Part shown: piece by piece, positions 26,329 through 39,057 of the stretch
Position numbering within the stretch: position 1 is the stretch's first letter
How the letters are laid out: each line of letters opens with the position of its first letter
Source: Mobula hypostoma
Taxonomy: Eukaryota
Reading direction: 5' to 3'
Assembly: GCF_963921235.1 (NCBI RefSeq)
Contig: NC_086097.1
Location: forward strand, 103,480,001 to 103,544,000
Length of the DNA stretch: 64,000 nucleotides
Notes under the pieces: model-generated
What the model saw: the letters and a program-made list of their open reading frames with translations, nothing else
Told to the model about the DNA's origin: nothing
Database searches by the model: none
Program-made: the position numbers and the translations under genes

Positions 26329-27223
26329 TGGACTCCCTCCTAAGTAGTCTCAATTTTTCTATCATGTAGCTGTCTAAGTTTCTTAAATGCCCCTAATGTA
26401 TCTGCCTCTATCACCACCCTGGCGTGGGGTTACCTGCACCCACCACTTCCCTCCAGTCACCTTAAAATTACATCCCTTGTATTTGCCATTTTTGTCTTAG
26501 GAAAGCATCTTGGCAGTCCACTCCATCTATGCCTCTTATCATCTTGTCAAGTCATCTCTTAACCTCTGTCACTCCAAAGAGACAAGCCCTAGCTTACTCA
26601 AACTATCCTCATAAGATATGCTCTCTAATCCAGGCAACATCCTGGTAAATCTCTACACTCTCTACGTCCTTCCTACAATGATGCCTTCAGTGCAGCAGAA
26701 TGTCCACCTTCATGAGTATTTTCAGTGAAAACTTTACATCAAGTACATTAATAACTCCACTATGCATGTTCCCAAGCCTGGCTGTGAAAGGAGGAGAAGG
26801 GTTGGCCATTCTGTAAAAACCCAGTGCTACAGGAATGCCAACAGAAGCTCCAAAGACCTTGTCCCTGGAAAATAAAGGATACACCAAGATGGCCCAGCAG
26901 GGGGTGACAGGTTTAAGTAAATAAGTAAGGATATTAATTATCTCAGTCAGACGAGGTTTCTAAGCAAGAAAACAGAAACACTGGAATGATTCAGCCAGTC
27001 AAACAGTAAATGTGAAAAGAGAAATCAGTCAAGGTCCCTGCCTCAGAGCTGAAGGAAGAGTGGGTGGGGGGTGGGGGGGTGTCTTTGTTTAGAAAACGGG
27101 GCTAGGGTGAGGGAAAAGCTGTGAGACAAAAAACTATAAACTTATAGACTATATGACTACACAAAAGACAATAAAAGATTGGTTGAAATAGATCAACTGG
27201 TAAGGAGACACAAGAAACTGTAA

Positions 27224-27333
27224 GCACTATACTGTTAGTCCTGTCGAAGGATCTCGGCCTGAAACGTCGACTGTGCTTCTTCCTATGGATGCTGTCTGGC
27301 CTGCTGTGTTCCACCAACATTTTGTGTGTGTTG
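27224..27333 (+). mobile_element. 110-bp Penelope terminal-repeat mini-insertion containing the hammerhead motif (core A6 mutated)
   Basis: AGTCCTGTCGAAGGATCTCGGCCTGAAACGTCGACT. Flanks CAAGAAACTGTAA and CCAGAGACTGTAA match at 11/13. Confidence 0.75.
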
Positions 27334-27724
27334 CCAGAGACTGTAAATGGTGGAAAGTGGAATGAAAAACAGACTGCTGGAGGATCTCAGCAGCATCTGT
27401 GGAGGCAGAATTTTGACTCCTGATGCAGGATGTCAGCCCAAAATACTGATCATTCTTCAGCCTTCCAAGATGTTGACTCACCCTTTGAATTCCTTGAACA
27501 GTGTTTTTTGCTTCCAGAGATAGACAGCTTGAACCATGATCATTAGCGAGGTATCAAAGAAAAAAAGCGTGAGAAAGGAATGTTAACAGGAAATGATGCG
27601 GGAGCTGTTTAACCAGAGTTGTAAAATTCAATGTTCATTCCAGAAGTGCCTGGAGGCTCCCTGGACTACACAAGCTATTCTTTTCAACTGAAGGACCAGC
27701 ATTTTAAGCTGGCCAGTTTGGGAT

Positions 27725-28460
27725 ATAGATAGATAGATACTTTATTGATCCCAAAGGAAATTACAGTGTCACAGTAGCATTACAAATGCACTGATATAAA
27801 TATGAGAGAAGTAGAAAGAATAAAATTAAGTTACCACAAACAGTCTAACAGGAGGGGGTCATCACTTCCCCAGTTATAGGTTGACTCATTATAGAGCCTA
27901 ATGGCCGAGGGTAAGAATGACCTCATATAGCGCTCTTTGGAGCAACACAGTTGTCTTAGTCTATTACTAAAAGTGCTCCTCTGTTCAGCCAAAGTGGCAT
28001 GCAGAAGGTGAGAAACATTGTCCAGAATTGTCAGGGTTTTCCAAAGGGTCTTTTGTTCTACCACAGCCTCCAGCGTATCCAGTTTGACTCCTATAACAGA
28101 GCCAGCCCTTCTAATCAGTTCACTGAGCCTGTTGGCATCACCCGTGTTGATGCCATTGCCCCAGCACACCACAACATAGAAGATTGTACTGGTGACAACA
28201 GACTGGTAGAACGTGTGAAGCAGAGACCTGCATATGCCAAAGATCTCAGTCCCCTCAGGAGTTAGAGGCCCTTCTTGTACACAGCCTCTGTGTTGGTACT
28301 CCTCTGAAGTCTGTCATCCGGGTGCACCCCCAGGTACTTGTAGGTCTTCACCGCACCCATGTCCTCACCATCAGGCTTAAGTCTTCCTAGAGTCCATCTT
28401 CATCTCCTTTGTCTTATTGATGTTGAGCTGCAGATGATTCAGCTTGCACCATTTGCCTAA
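27725..28460 (-). mobile_element. Rex1/Babar-like LINE 3' fragment
   Basis: LQLNINKTKE and YKYLGVH segments; ORF 27831-28172 contains RSFLPSAIRLYN; (ATAG)n tail. Confidence 0.75.
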
Positions 28461-29308
28461 GCCCAGATAAACACTCTGGTGGTCAGATGGAGTATTTGTG
28501 TAATTCCAGTCAATGTTGGATCCCTTCAAACCAGCAGACTGGTGAGCAAAGACTTCATTTTATGGAACTGTATCAGTGGTTTTTCAGCTGTCTTGAAATG
28601 AGACGTGTGAATACTGAAAACTAAAGATCTGTTTGAAATGTTCAAGTTTTTGAATTAAAAGCTTGAGTTCAAAAAGTGAGTCTCCTCTTTTTTTGAGGTA
28701 TGTCAGAACTACATCCCACTGTATTAAACAATATCTGTTCATCGAGAGTCACAGAATAAAACCACTTTACTCTCGAAGCCTGTATGTTGCATTGAATCAA
28801 TAAAGCATGTTTTCTTGAGAACAACATTCAGAAAGGGAAGGGATGTGGAAAGAAAAAATAGCAACAATTTATGTATTCCAATAGACTTTTGAACACTGTC
28901 TTTTCTGGAGCAACAAACCTGCCTCAGCAAACAAATTCAACATCTCATCAGAGGACAGATCAGCCTCTCTTGGGCTTGGGAAATATGTGCTGCTCTCTCT
29001 ATTACAGGTAGAGGCTCCTTCAGGTAGTGAGACCAGACTTGTGTGTAACATTCCAAATGTGATCTCACCAGCATATCTCCAGCCTTGTTTGAGCATTGAT
29101 AACTCTGATATAAACTGGAAAGGCTTTGAAAAGTAGAGGGAGGCAAGGAGAGGCTGTAGAGAGATTTGAACACGTAGATGGGGATGTTAAAAGCTGCTGA
29201 AGCAGGACAGTTTGACAATGCTAGCGAACAGAAATTAGTGGGAGTTATGACATGAACAGCAGAATCTGGATAAATTGAGGTTTAGGGAGCATGTTCACTG
29301 TTACTCAC

Positions 29309-29405
29309 CATCAAAATCTTGACTGACTTCAGTGATTTTATACTGTGAATTGCAACAAGATGTTTGTCCTCTGCTGCTCATTACAGGATCAGTGCTGCTC
29401 TTACT
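29309..29405 (-). CDS. STARD9: Probable STARD9 exon (97 nt, phase 0-1): SKSSTDPVMSSRGQTSCCNSQYKITEVSQDFD
   Basis: Acceptor aataactgcAG|AGT and strong donor GATG|GTGAGT. Open frame. Supplies the 0-to-1 phase change needed between its neighbours. The peptide itself is poorly conserved. Confidence 0.65.
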
Positions 29406-30285
29406 CTGCAGTTATTAAACAAACTTTATTTTAAAAAAAAGATTGCTTTCAGAAATAATTTGTACAAGATATTACTGGAAATTGGAAGCACAGAACACTG
29501 CAGCACAGTACAGGTCATTCAGCTCACTATGAACCCTTCCCTCCCACATAGCCCTCCATTTTTCTTTCATCCATGTGCCTATCTAAGAGTCTCTTAAATG
29601 TCCCAAATGTATCTGCCCCAACCACCATCCCAGGCAGTGAACTCTATGCACTTACCACTCTCTGTGTAAAAAAAAACCTCTGACACCAACTTTACTACTT
29701 TCCTCCAACCACCTCTGGTATTAGCCACTGGCACCCTAGGAAAAGGTGTTGGCTGTCCACTCTATCATTTTATACAGCTATCAAGTCACTTCCCATCTTC
29801 TTTCACTCCAAAAAAAGGATGCTAAACCTTTCCTCACCAGGAATGTTCACAAGTCCAGGTAGGCTTTACAGAGCTATAACATTGGCTTGTGGCTCTTGAT
29901 CTCAAGTATCCCAACAAAGGAAGATCAACACAGCACATACCTTTCAGACTTGATGGATCCCAAGATCCCTTTGTTCCTTCACACCACTAGAAGTCCTACC
30001 AATAACCTTGGACCTTGAAAAGTGTGAAGTAATTCAATTGGAAGGACAGGTTTGAAGGCAGAATACAGGGTTACTGACAGGATTCTTATCAGACTGGCGG
30101 AATAGAGGGATCTTGGGATCCACATCCATGGGTCCCTCAAAGTTGCTGTGCAAGTTGATAGGATTGTTACACAAGGTGGACGTGTGTTGGCATTCATTAG
30201 TCAAGGGACTGAGTTGAAGAGCTGTGAGGTAACGTTACAGCTCAAAAATACCTGGTTAGACCACATTTAAAGTGTTGTCAAATCA

Positions 30286-31218
30286 CTAACAAGAGAAAAT
30301 CTGCAGATGTTGGAAATCCAAGCAACACAATCAAAATGCTGGAGGAACTCAGCAGGTCAGGCAACATCTATAGAAAAGAGTAAACAGTTGACGTTTCAAG
30401 CTGAGACCCTTCATCAGGACTGGAGGAAAAAAAAGATGAGGAAACAGAGTAAGAAGGTGGGGGGAGGGGAGGAAGAAACATAAGATGATAGGTGAAACCG
30501 GGAGGGTTGGGGGAGGGGTGATGTAAAGAGCTGGGAAGTCAATTGGTGAAGAGATAATGGGCTGAAGTACCTCCTCCCTCACTACCATTCAAGGCCTCCT
30601 TCCAGATGAGGCAACACTTCATCTGTGAGTCTGTAAGGGTCATCTATTATATTTGGTGCTCCCAGTGTGGCCTCCTGTATAATCGGTGAGACCCGACGTA
30701 AATTGAGGGACCGCTTAGCCGAGCACCTTCCAGAAAAAGTGGGATCTCCCAGTGGCCATCCATTTTAATTCTACTCCCATTCCGACATGTCAGTCCATGG
30801 TCTCAAACCTGATGGCATGAACACTGATTTCTCGAACTTCTAGTAATGCCCCTCCCCGACTTCACCATTTCCCATTCCCATTTCCCTCTCTCATCTTATC
30901 ACCTTCCCTGCCCATCAGCTCCCTCTGGTGTTCCTCCTCCATGGCCTCTGTCCTCTCCTATCAAATTACCTCTTCTCCAGCCTTTGATCTCTTTCACCAA
31001 TCAACTCCCCAGCTCTTTACCTCATCCTTCCCTCCCTCAGTTTCAATTATCACCTACTACCTTGTATTTGTTCCTGCCCTTTTCCCACCTTCTTACTCTG
31101 ACATAATCTTTTTTCTCCAGTCCCGATGAAGGGTCTCGGCCCAAAATGTCAACTGTACTCTTTTCCATAGATGCTGCCTGGCCTGCTGAGTTCGTCAGCA
31201 TTGTGTGTGTGTGTTGCT
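30286..31218. mobile_element. Inverted (two-armed) Penelope insertion within a CR1 fragment (30014-31740)
   Basis: A minus-strand terminal repeat at 30286-30566 is followed by plus-strand GIY-YIG remnants and a terminal repeat ending at 31218. The CR1 sequence resumes on both sides. Confidence 0.8.
30386..30421 (-). ncRNA. Hammerhead ribozyme motif on the STARD9 sense strand
   Basis: Reverse complement AGTC-CTGATGA-A-GGGT(CTCA)GCTT-GAAA-CG-TC-AACT. Core is intact, with one mismatch in helix I. Confidence 0.65.
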
Positions 31219-33215
31219 TAGGATATTGTATTCAGTTTGGTCACCTCATTGTGGAAAGGTTGTGAAAGCTTCAGAAAGGGTCCAATAGGTATTTACCAAG
31301 ATGCTGCCTGGACTAGAGGACGTTTCTTATGAAGATACTTAGAGTGAGCTAGGCTGTTTGTCTTTGGAGCAAAGGAGAATGGGAGGGGACTGAGAGAGGT
31401 ATACAAAATTAGAAGACAAATAGATTGAGTGGATAGCCAGAGACTTCCGTCCAGGATGGAAATGCCTAATACAAGGGGACATAGTTTTAAGGTCATTGGA
31501 GGAAAGTAAAGGGAGGATGTCAGGGGTAACTTCTTTGCACAGAGAGTTGTGACGGTGTGGAATGCCCTGCCAGGATTTTGGGTAGAGGCAGACAAATTTG
31601 GGGCATTTAAGAAATTCTTCGATAGGCACATGGATGATATAAAAATGGAGGATTATGTATGAGGGAAGAATTAGATTGATAGGTTAAAGGGTCAGCACAA
31701 CATCATGGTCATAAAGGCCTGTACTGTGCTCTGACTGTACTCTGCCTTATCAAAGTGAATCACTTCACACTTCTCCACATTTAACCCCTTCTGCCACTTC
31801 TCAGCACAGCTCTGCGTCCTAACAAAGACCCGTTGAAACCTAAACAACCTTTTGAACTATCCACGACATCAATGACCTTTGTATGATCTGCAAACTCATT
31901 GATCTATCCCTCTAGTTGCTCTTCTAAATCATTTATTAAGATGATAAAGAGCAGGGGTCCCAGAACAGACCAGGCAGAACATGACGGGTCATAGATTTCC
32001 ATGCCATTCTGAACCAGTCACACCCCTTTTCACATCAGTGGCACAGCAGTAGAAACTGCCTGCATGTTTCAGTCTCCTGATCTTGTATATCTCATGGTCC
32101 TAGAACACATCCTACACAGTTAAGAATGCTCACCAATGTCCAATTTCTAAGAAGGCTGAAGCGAGCTGGACTATGCACATCAATACTCACAACCTTTTGC
32201 AGATGGGCAGTCGATAGTATCCTAATTTGTCTTCCGGTAAGAGGGCAGCACGCCTGGTTACAGCAGCCTCTCTGGGTCTAAACAAACATGTAATTGTTTG
32301 TCCTTTATATCTCTCTTATGATCACAAGACTCTGCTGGATATTAAGAATATCAAGTACTGCAGATCAACCCCATCAGTGAGGTGCTTGATAACAACGGAG
32401 CTGGATTTGTTGTGAATCATGTTGCTGCTTCATACAGCCACCCAAGGAAGAAGGTGTCAGAGGTGGTGCAAAGTCCAACAAACAGTGCAATGATGATCTT
32501 GGATGTTTCTTTTGTGATCACAAACCCTGTCAAACATTTGCAATGTAGAATACTACAAGTCCCATTCACTGTTTCATTGTCAAGACTGATGGGGTGAAGA
32601 AGCACAGACCAGACCCCCATGCTGCAAGGTTGCCTGTTACAGCTGCCTAGGGGATGAGAAGACAAAGGCGGTGAGGTGCAGCGGGAAACATGCTGGGCTG
32701 GGAGCTGGCCCTCTAGTGTTTCCTTGGTGGAAGACAAGCTGTGCTGTGTTCGACTGCAGCTGCAGAGTGCGAGATGAGGAACTGCTGCTGCTTCTTGCAG
32801 AAAACGTGGCTCCAGGACATTACCAATCGAGGGGCCATGACATTCAGGGATGGGCTCTATTTTGTTTTGGGTTTGTACGTTTTACTGCTATTGTAATTAT
32901 ATGTGCTGTGTGTGACTGTTGGTTCTGTTTTTGCACCACAACCCGGGAGGAATGCTGTTTTGTTTGGCTGTATTCATGGGTATTCATGTACAGCTGCAAG
33001 AAAAAGTTTGGGAACCCTTTGCAATTACCTGATTTTCTGCATTAATTACCCATAAAATGGGTTTTATCTTCATCTCGGTCACAATAATAGACAAACACAA
33101 ATTGACTACACTAATAACACACAAACAATTGCATTTCTTCTCGTCAATACTGAGTACACCATTTAAACAATCACATTTTAGGTTCAAAAGCGCATGTGAA
33201 CCTCTGGGGTAATGC

Positions 33216-35955
33216 ATAGGGTATAAGAGATCAGGTGGATGATCTTGTTGCACTTTTACAGATTGTCAGGAATGATGTGGCCATCACTGGATCATGGCTG
33301 AAGGATGGTTGCAGTTGGGAGCTGAATGTCCAAGGTTACACGCTATATCAGAAGGATAGGAAGGTAGGCAGAGGGGGTGACGTGGCTCTGCTGGTAAAGA
33401 ATGGCATCAAATCAGTAGACAGATGCACGATAGGATCAGAAGATGTTGAATCCTTTTGGGTTGAGTTAAGAAACTGCAAGGTAAAAGGACCCTGATGGCA
33501 GTTATATACAGGCCTCCCAACAGTAGCTGGGATGTGGCCACAGATTACAATAGGATATAAAAAAGGCATTTAAAAAGGGCAATGTTATGATACTCATGGG
33601 AGATTTCAACATGTAGGTTGACTGGGAAAATCAGGTGAGTAATGGATATCAAGATAGTGAGTTTGGTGCATGCCTATGAGATAGTTTTTTAGAGCAGTTT
33701 GTCATTGAGTCTACCAGGAGATCAACTATACTGGATTGGGTGTTACATAATGAACCAGAGGTGATTAGAAACCAGTGATCACAATATGATTGAGTTCAAC
33801 TTGAAATTTGATAGGAAGAAAGTAAGGTTTGAAGTAGCAGTATTTCAGTGGAGTAAATGAAATTAGAGTAGTGTGAGTGAGAAGTTGGCCAAAGTAAATT
33901 GGAAGGAGATGCTGGCAAGGCAACAATGGTGGGAGTTTCTGGGAGAAATGAGAAACATGCAGGACATGTGTGTAACAAAAATGAAGAAATACTCAAATGG
34001 CAAAATAGCACAACCATAGTTGACAAGGGAAGTCAAAGCTAATGTAAAAGCAAAAGAGATGGCATACAACAAAGCAAAAATTAGTGGGAAGACAGAGGAT
34101 TGGGAAGATCATAAAAATCTAAACTAAGAATCAATGGGAGGGAAAAGATGCAATATGAAAGCAAGCTAGCAAACAACATCAAAGTGGATAGTAAAAGCTT
34201 TTACAAGTATGTAAAAAGTAAAAGAGAGATGAGAGTGGACATAGGACCGCTAGAAAATGAGGCCAGAGAAATAATAACGGGGACAAGGAAATGACAGATG
34301 AACTAACTGAGTATTTTGCATCAGTCTTCACTGTGGAAGACACTAGCTGTTTGCCAGATGTTGAAGGGTGTGAGTGAAGAGAAGTGAGTGTAGTTACTAT
34401 TACCAGGGAGGTGCTCAAAAAGCTGAAAGACCTAAGGGTAGATAAGTCACCCGGACCAGATGAACTGCATCCTCTGGTTCTTAAAGAGATAGAGGTAGAG
34501 ATTGTACAGGCATTAGTAATGATCTTTCTAAACTCATTGGACTCAGGCATGGTGCCAGAGGACTGGAAAATTGCAAATGTCATTCCACTCGTTAAGAAAG
34601 GAGGGAGGCAGCAGAAAGGAAATTATAGACCAGTTAGCCCTTGGGAAGATGTTGGAGTCAATTGTTAAGGATGAGGTTATGGAGTACTTGGTGACACAGG
34701 ACAAGATAGGACAAAGTCAGCATGGTTTCTTTAAGGGAAAATGTTGTCTGATGAACCTATTGGAATTCTTTGAGGAGATTAGATAAAGGGAATGCAGTGG
34801 ATGTTGTATATTTGGACTTTCAGAAGGGCTTCGACAAGGTGCCACACATGAGACTGCTTACCAAGTTAAAAGCTCATGGCATTACAGGAAAGTTACTGGA
34901 ATGGTTAGAGCATTGACTGATTGATAGGAGGTAGCAAGTGGGAATAAAAGGATCCTTTTCTGGTTGGCTGCCAGTGACTAGTGGTGTTCCGCAGGAGTCG
35001 ATGTTGGGACCACTTCTTTTTATGCTGTATATCAATGACTTTGATGATGGAAAGATGACTTTGCTGCCAAGTTTGCAGATGATATGAAGATTGGTGGAGG
35101 AACAGGTCATGTTGAGGAAACAGGTAGGACACAGAAGGACTTAGACAGATTGGGAGAATGGAGAAGAAAATGACAAATGAAATATAATGTTGGAAAATGC
35201 ATGGTCATGCACTTTGGTAGTAGAAATAAATGTGCAAAATATTTTCTAAATGGGGAGAAAATCCAAAAAACTGAGATGCAAAGGGACTTGGGAGTCCTTG
35301 TGCAGAATGCCCTAAATGTTAACTTGCAGGTAGAGTCAGTGATGAGGAAGGGAAATAAGGTTAGCATTCATTTCAAGTGGAGGGATGTGATGCTGAGACT
35401 TTATAAGGCACTGGTGAGGCCTCACCTTGAGTCTTATGAACGGTTTTGGGCTCTTCATCTAAGAAAAGATGTGCTGACATTGGAGAGGGTTCAGTGGAGG
35501 TTCACAAGGATGATTCCAGGAATGAAATGGTTATCATACGAGGCACGTTTGATGGCTGTGGGTCTGTACTCACTAGAATTTAGAAGGATGAGGGGGGGAT
35601 CTCATTGAAACCTTTCTAATGTTGAAAGGCCTAGACAGAGTAGATGTGGAAAGGATGCTTCCCATGGTGGGAGAATCTGGCACAAGAGGGGTTAGCTTCA
35701 GGATAAGAGGGACATCCGTTTTAAACAGCTGCGGAGAAATTTTTTCAGCAAAAGGGTGGTGAATTTGTGGAATTTGCTACCACAGGCAGCTGTGGAGGCC
35801 AGGTCGTTGGGTGTATTTAAGGCAGAGCTTAATAGGTTCTTGATTGGTCATGGCATCAAAGGTTACGGGGAGAAGGCTGGGGAGTGGGACTGAGGAGGGG
35901 AGAAAAAAGGATCAGCTATGATTGAACGGGGCTGCTCCTCTGTTTTATGATCTAT
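33216..35955 (+). mobile_element. 5'-truncated CR1 ORF2 inserted into the Tc1
   Basis: APE and RT fragments. GGTAATGC is duplicated at 33208-33215 and 35956-35963. Confidence 0.9.
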
Positions 35956-36355
35956 GGTAATGCCTTCTACAAAAGCAAAGACCACACCAAGAGCTCACCG
36001 TGCAATGCTGAAGGAGGTGAAAGAGAACCCAAGGGTAACAGCAAAAGACCTGCATAAATCTCTAGAACTTGCTGAAGTCTCTGTTCATGGGTCCACTATA
36101 AGAAAAACACTGAACAAAAATGGTGTTCATGGAAGGACACCACAGAGAAAACCACTACTCTCATAAAACAAAATACTGCATGTCTCAAGTTTGCAAAAGA
36201 CCACTTGGATGTTCCACAATACTTCTGGGACAATATTCTATGGACAAATGAGAGCAAAAGTTGAACTTTTTGGCAGAAATGCACATTGCCATGTTTGGAG
36301 GGAAAAGGGCACTGCACACCAACACCAAAACCTCATCCCAACTGTGAAACATGGA

Positions 36356-36482
36356 CAAAAACAACAGGAATTCTGCAGATGCTGGAAATTCAAGCAACAT
36401 ACATCAAAGTTGCTGGTGAACGCAGCAGGCCAGGCAGCATCTCTAGGAAGAGGCGCAGTCGACGTTTCAGGCCGAGACCCTT
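36356..36482 (-). mobile_element. Penelope terminal fragment inserted in the Tc1 transposase, truncated inside the hammerhead
   Basis: Nearly identical to the reverse complement of 11582-11705. Confidence 0.85.
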
Positions 36483-38189
36483 TGGGGCTGCTTTGCTGCC
36501 TCAGGGCCTGGACAGCTTGCAATTGTTGAGAGGACAAAGAATCGAAAATGGTATCAAGACATTTTACAGGAGAATGTCAGGGTAGCAGTCTGTTACCTGA
36601 AGCTTAATAGAAGTTGGATGATGCAACAAGATAGTGACCTGAAATAGAAGAGTAAATCAACAACAGAAAGGTTTAAAAAGAAGACAATTCATGTTTCGGA
36701 ATGGTCAAGTCGGAGTGCAGACCTTAACCCAATTGAGATGCTGTGGCATGACCTAAAGAGGGCTGTTCATGCAAGGTATCCCAGAAATATTAATGAACTG
36801 AAACAGTTTTGTATGGAGGAATGGTCTCAAATTCCTCCTTGCCGTCGTGCAAGTCTGATCAGCAGTTGTAGGAAACACTTCGTGGAGGTTATTGCTGCTG
36901 AAGAGGTTTTACCAGTTATTAAATACAAGAGTTCACATAATTTTTCCAGCCTGGACTGTGAACGATTAATCAATGTGTTCAATAAAGACATGAAACATAC
37001 AATTGTTTGTTGTGTTATTAGTTTATGCAGATTATGTTTGCTTGTTATTGTGATTTAGATGATGATCAGACCACAATAAATGAGCAATTAATGCATAAAA
37101 CCAGGTAATTGCAAAGGGCTCACAAACCTTTTCTTGCAACTGTACAGTTGAATAACAATTAAACTTGAACTTGCTTCTCTACATGGCACAGAGTCTGCAC
37201 AGCAGGAGACAGGAGGATTCAACAGCAGCTAGTTAAAACTGTTAATACATTACCAGTACCAACCTACCCACCATCAAACACCTACATACATATAGAAAGG
37301 GGTCAAAAAAGGCCAGCAGTATCATGAAGGATTCCACCCACCCTGCTCATGACTGTTTGTCCCTCTCCCATCTGAGAAGAAGGCATCCAGCATTCACACT
37401 AGGATAACTAGACTCAAAAACAATTAACTTTTCCCAGGCCATCAGGTTGATCAACACCTCCACCCATTAGCCCACTCCACCACCCCCACTACATACACAT
37501 CAGACACTCCTCTCCACAGCCCTTGGCACCCTTCATCTCCCCGTGCACCGTCCCTTTTTGTTTCCACCCACCACATCCCTACACTGACACAGTCACTCCC
37601 CTGCTGTGACCGTGTCACTTCCTGTCGGAGTCACCTTATGTACAGATACTCCTGCACCTAGTGTTACTTTATGTACATACAATCAGTTTATGTACAAACA
37701 TTTGTATATAAGCTAATCTTGTGTCTATACAGCCATATTCAAAGATTTACTTGTACATTGTGGTTTATCGGATTGCTTTTACATTTGTATTTATTGTGTT
37801 TCTTGCGTCCTTTACGCTGCATTGGATCTGGAGTAACAATCATTTCATTCTCTTTACCCTTGTGTGCGGAAGAATGACAATAAACTATCTTCAACATTCA
37901 ACCTGTGTTCCTACTTTCAAGTTCCCTTAGTTCACGTAATATCTATCCCTATTTGACTTACCACAATGCATCCTCTCACACTTATCAGGTTTAAATTTAG
38001 TGCTCTGACCAACTTTCCAACTGATCTGTATCCTTCCGTAGCATTAGACAACATTCCTCACTGCTCACAGCACAACTTTCACGTTCTCCTCAGATTTACT
38101 AATCACATCTCTTGCCTTGACATCTATGGCATTAATATACAGTACAAACAACAAAGATCCTGGCACTGATCAATGCAGTTGCCCATTGG

Positions 38190-38906
38190 CAGACATCCCA
38201 CCCTGCAAAAACTCATTTCAGGGAGGTAGCACCATCAATTTGCGGGAGACTCCCGGAACTTCTGGAAGAGGTGGGATGTCTGCAATAGAGTAGCTCCTTA
38301 GCAGCTAACCAGCTAGTTTAAATAACGTCAGCTATACTAATGAACGAATGACACCTGTTAAACTCATCTCAACATGTCTTTTACAGTCTTAACCCACCAT
38401 GGGCAATAGAAAAGTCACTGTTCCAAACAGTACAGCGAGCATTACTGTCATTATTTTTGACCCCTATTAGGCAGTGGTACACTTTAGTGTTGCCTGGGGT
38501 GACGTACGTTTTATATTTTCTTTTTTTTGGAACACTCTGCCACTCTGACTTTTTATTGGAACTCTCTCGCTCTCGCATGCACACTCTCTTGCTCGTGGTC
38601 GCTCTCTCTCTCTCTCTCTCGTGCGCTCTCTCTCTCTCTCGTGGCCACTCTTACTCGCGCTCGATTGTGCGCTTGCTTTCTTGCTCTTGCTCTCTCTCAT
38701 GCGCGCGCTTGCTTTCTCGCTCTCTCTCTCTCTCGCGCACTCTCACGCTCTCTCTCACGCTTGCTTTCTTGCTCTTGAGCTCACTCTCTCGCTCTCTCTC
38801 TCAAAAAAATTGATTTCTGTGATATTGTACATAATTTGCGGGCATCAGGGAGCCACTATTAATATGTGGGAGACTCCCGGAACTTCCGGGAGAGGTGAGA
38901 TGTCTG
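38190..38906. mobile_element. Non-autonomous DNA transposon with short TIRs and an internal (CT)n/(CTCG)n microsatellite
   Basis: Left end CAGACATCCCACC, right end GGTGAGATGTCTG. Flanks are CATTGG and CATCGG. The CR1 host continues across the site. Confidence 0.7.
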
Positions 38907-38946
38907 CATCGGTCACAGACCTCCAATTAGAAATGCATGCATCCAC

Positions 38947-39057
38947 GGAAGAGAAATGGCCTACTGAAGGGCGTTGGTCCGAAATGTCGATTGTACTCTT
39001 TTCCATTGTTGCTGCCTGGCCTGCTGAGTTCCTCCAGCATTTTGTGTGCGTTGCTTG
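38947..39057 (+). mobile_element. ~111-bp decayed Penelope terminal-repeat mini-insertion
   Basis: GAAGGGCGTTGGTCCGAAATGTCGATTG...GCTGCCTGGCCTGCTGAGTTCCTCCAGCATTTTGTGTG. Degenerate flanking repeats CATGCATCCAC and TATCCATCTAC. Confidence 0.65.

Larger units (their letters stand above)
32991..37142 (+). mobile_element. Tc1/mariner transposon with long TIRs and a TA TSD, internally deleted, hosting CR1 and Penelope insertions
   Basis: TA|CAGCTGCAAGAAAAAGTTTG... at the left end and ...CCTTTTCTTGCAACTG|TA at the right end. Transposase remnants RKPLLS, QQDSD and DLNPIEMLWHDLK. Confidence 0.9.

Noticed and set aside
28937..29218. Minus-strand ORF near the 29309 exon
   Set aside because: LVRSHLECYTQVWS is a decayed CR1 motif (LVRPHLEYCVQFWS).
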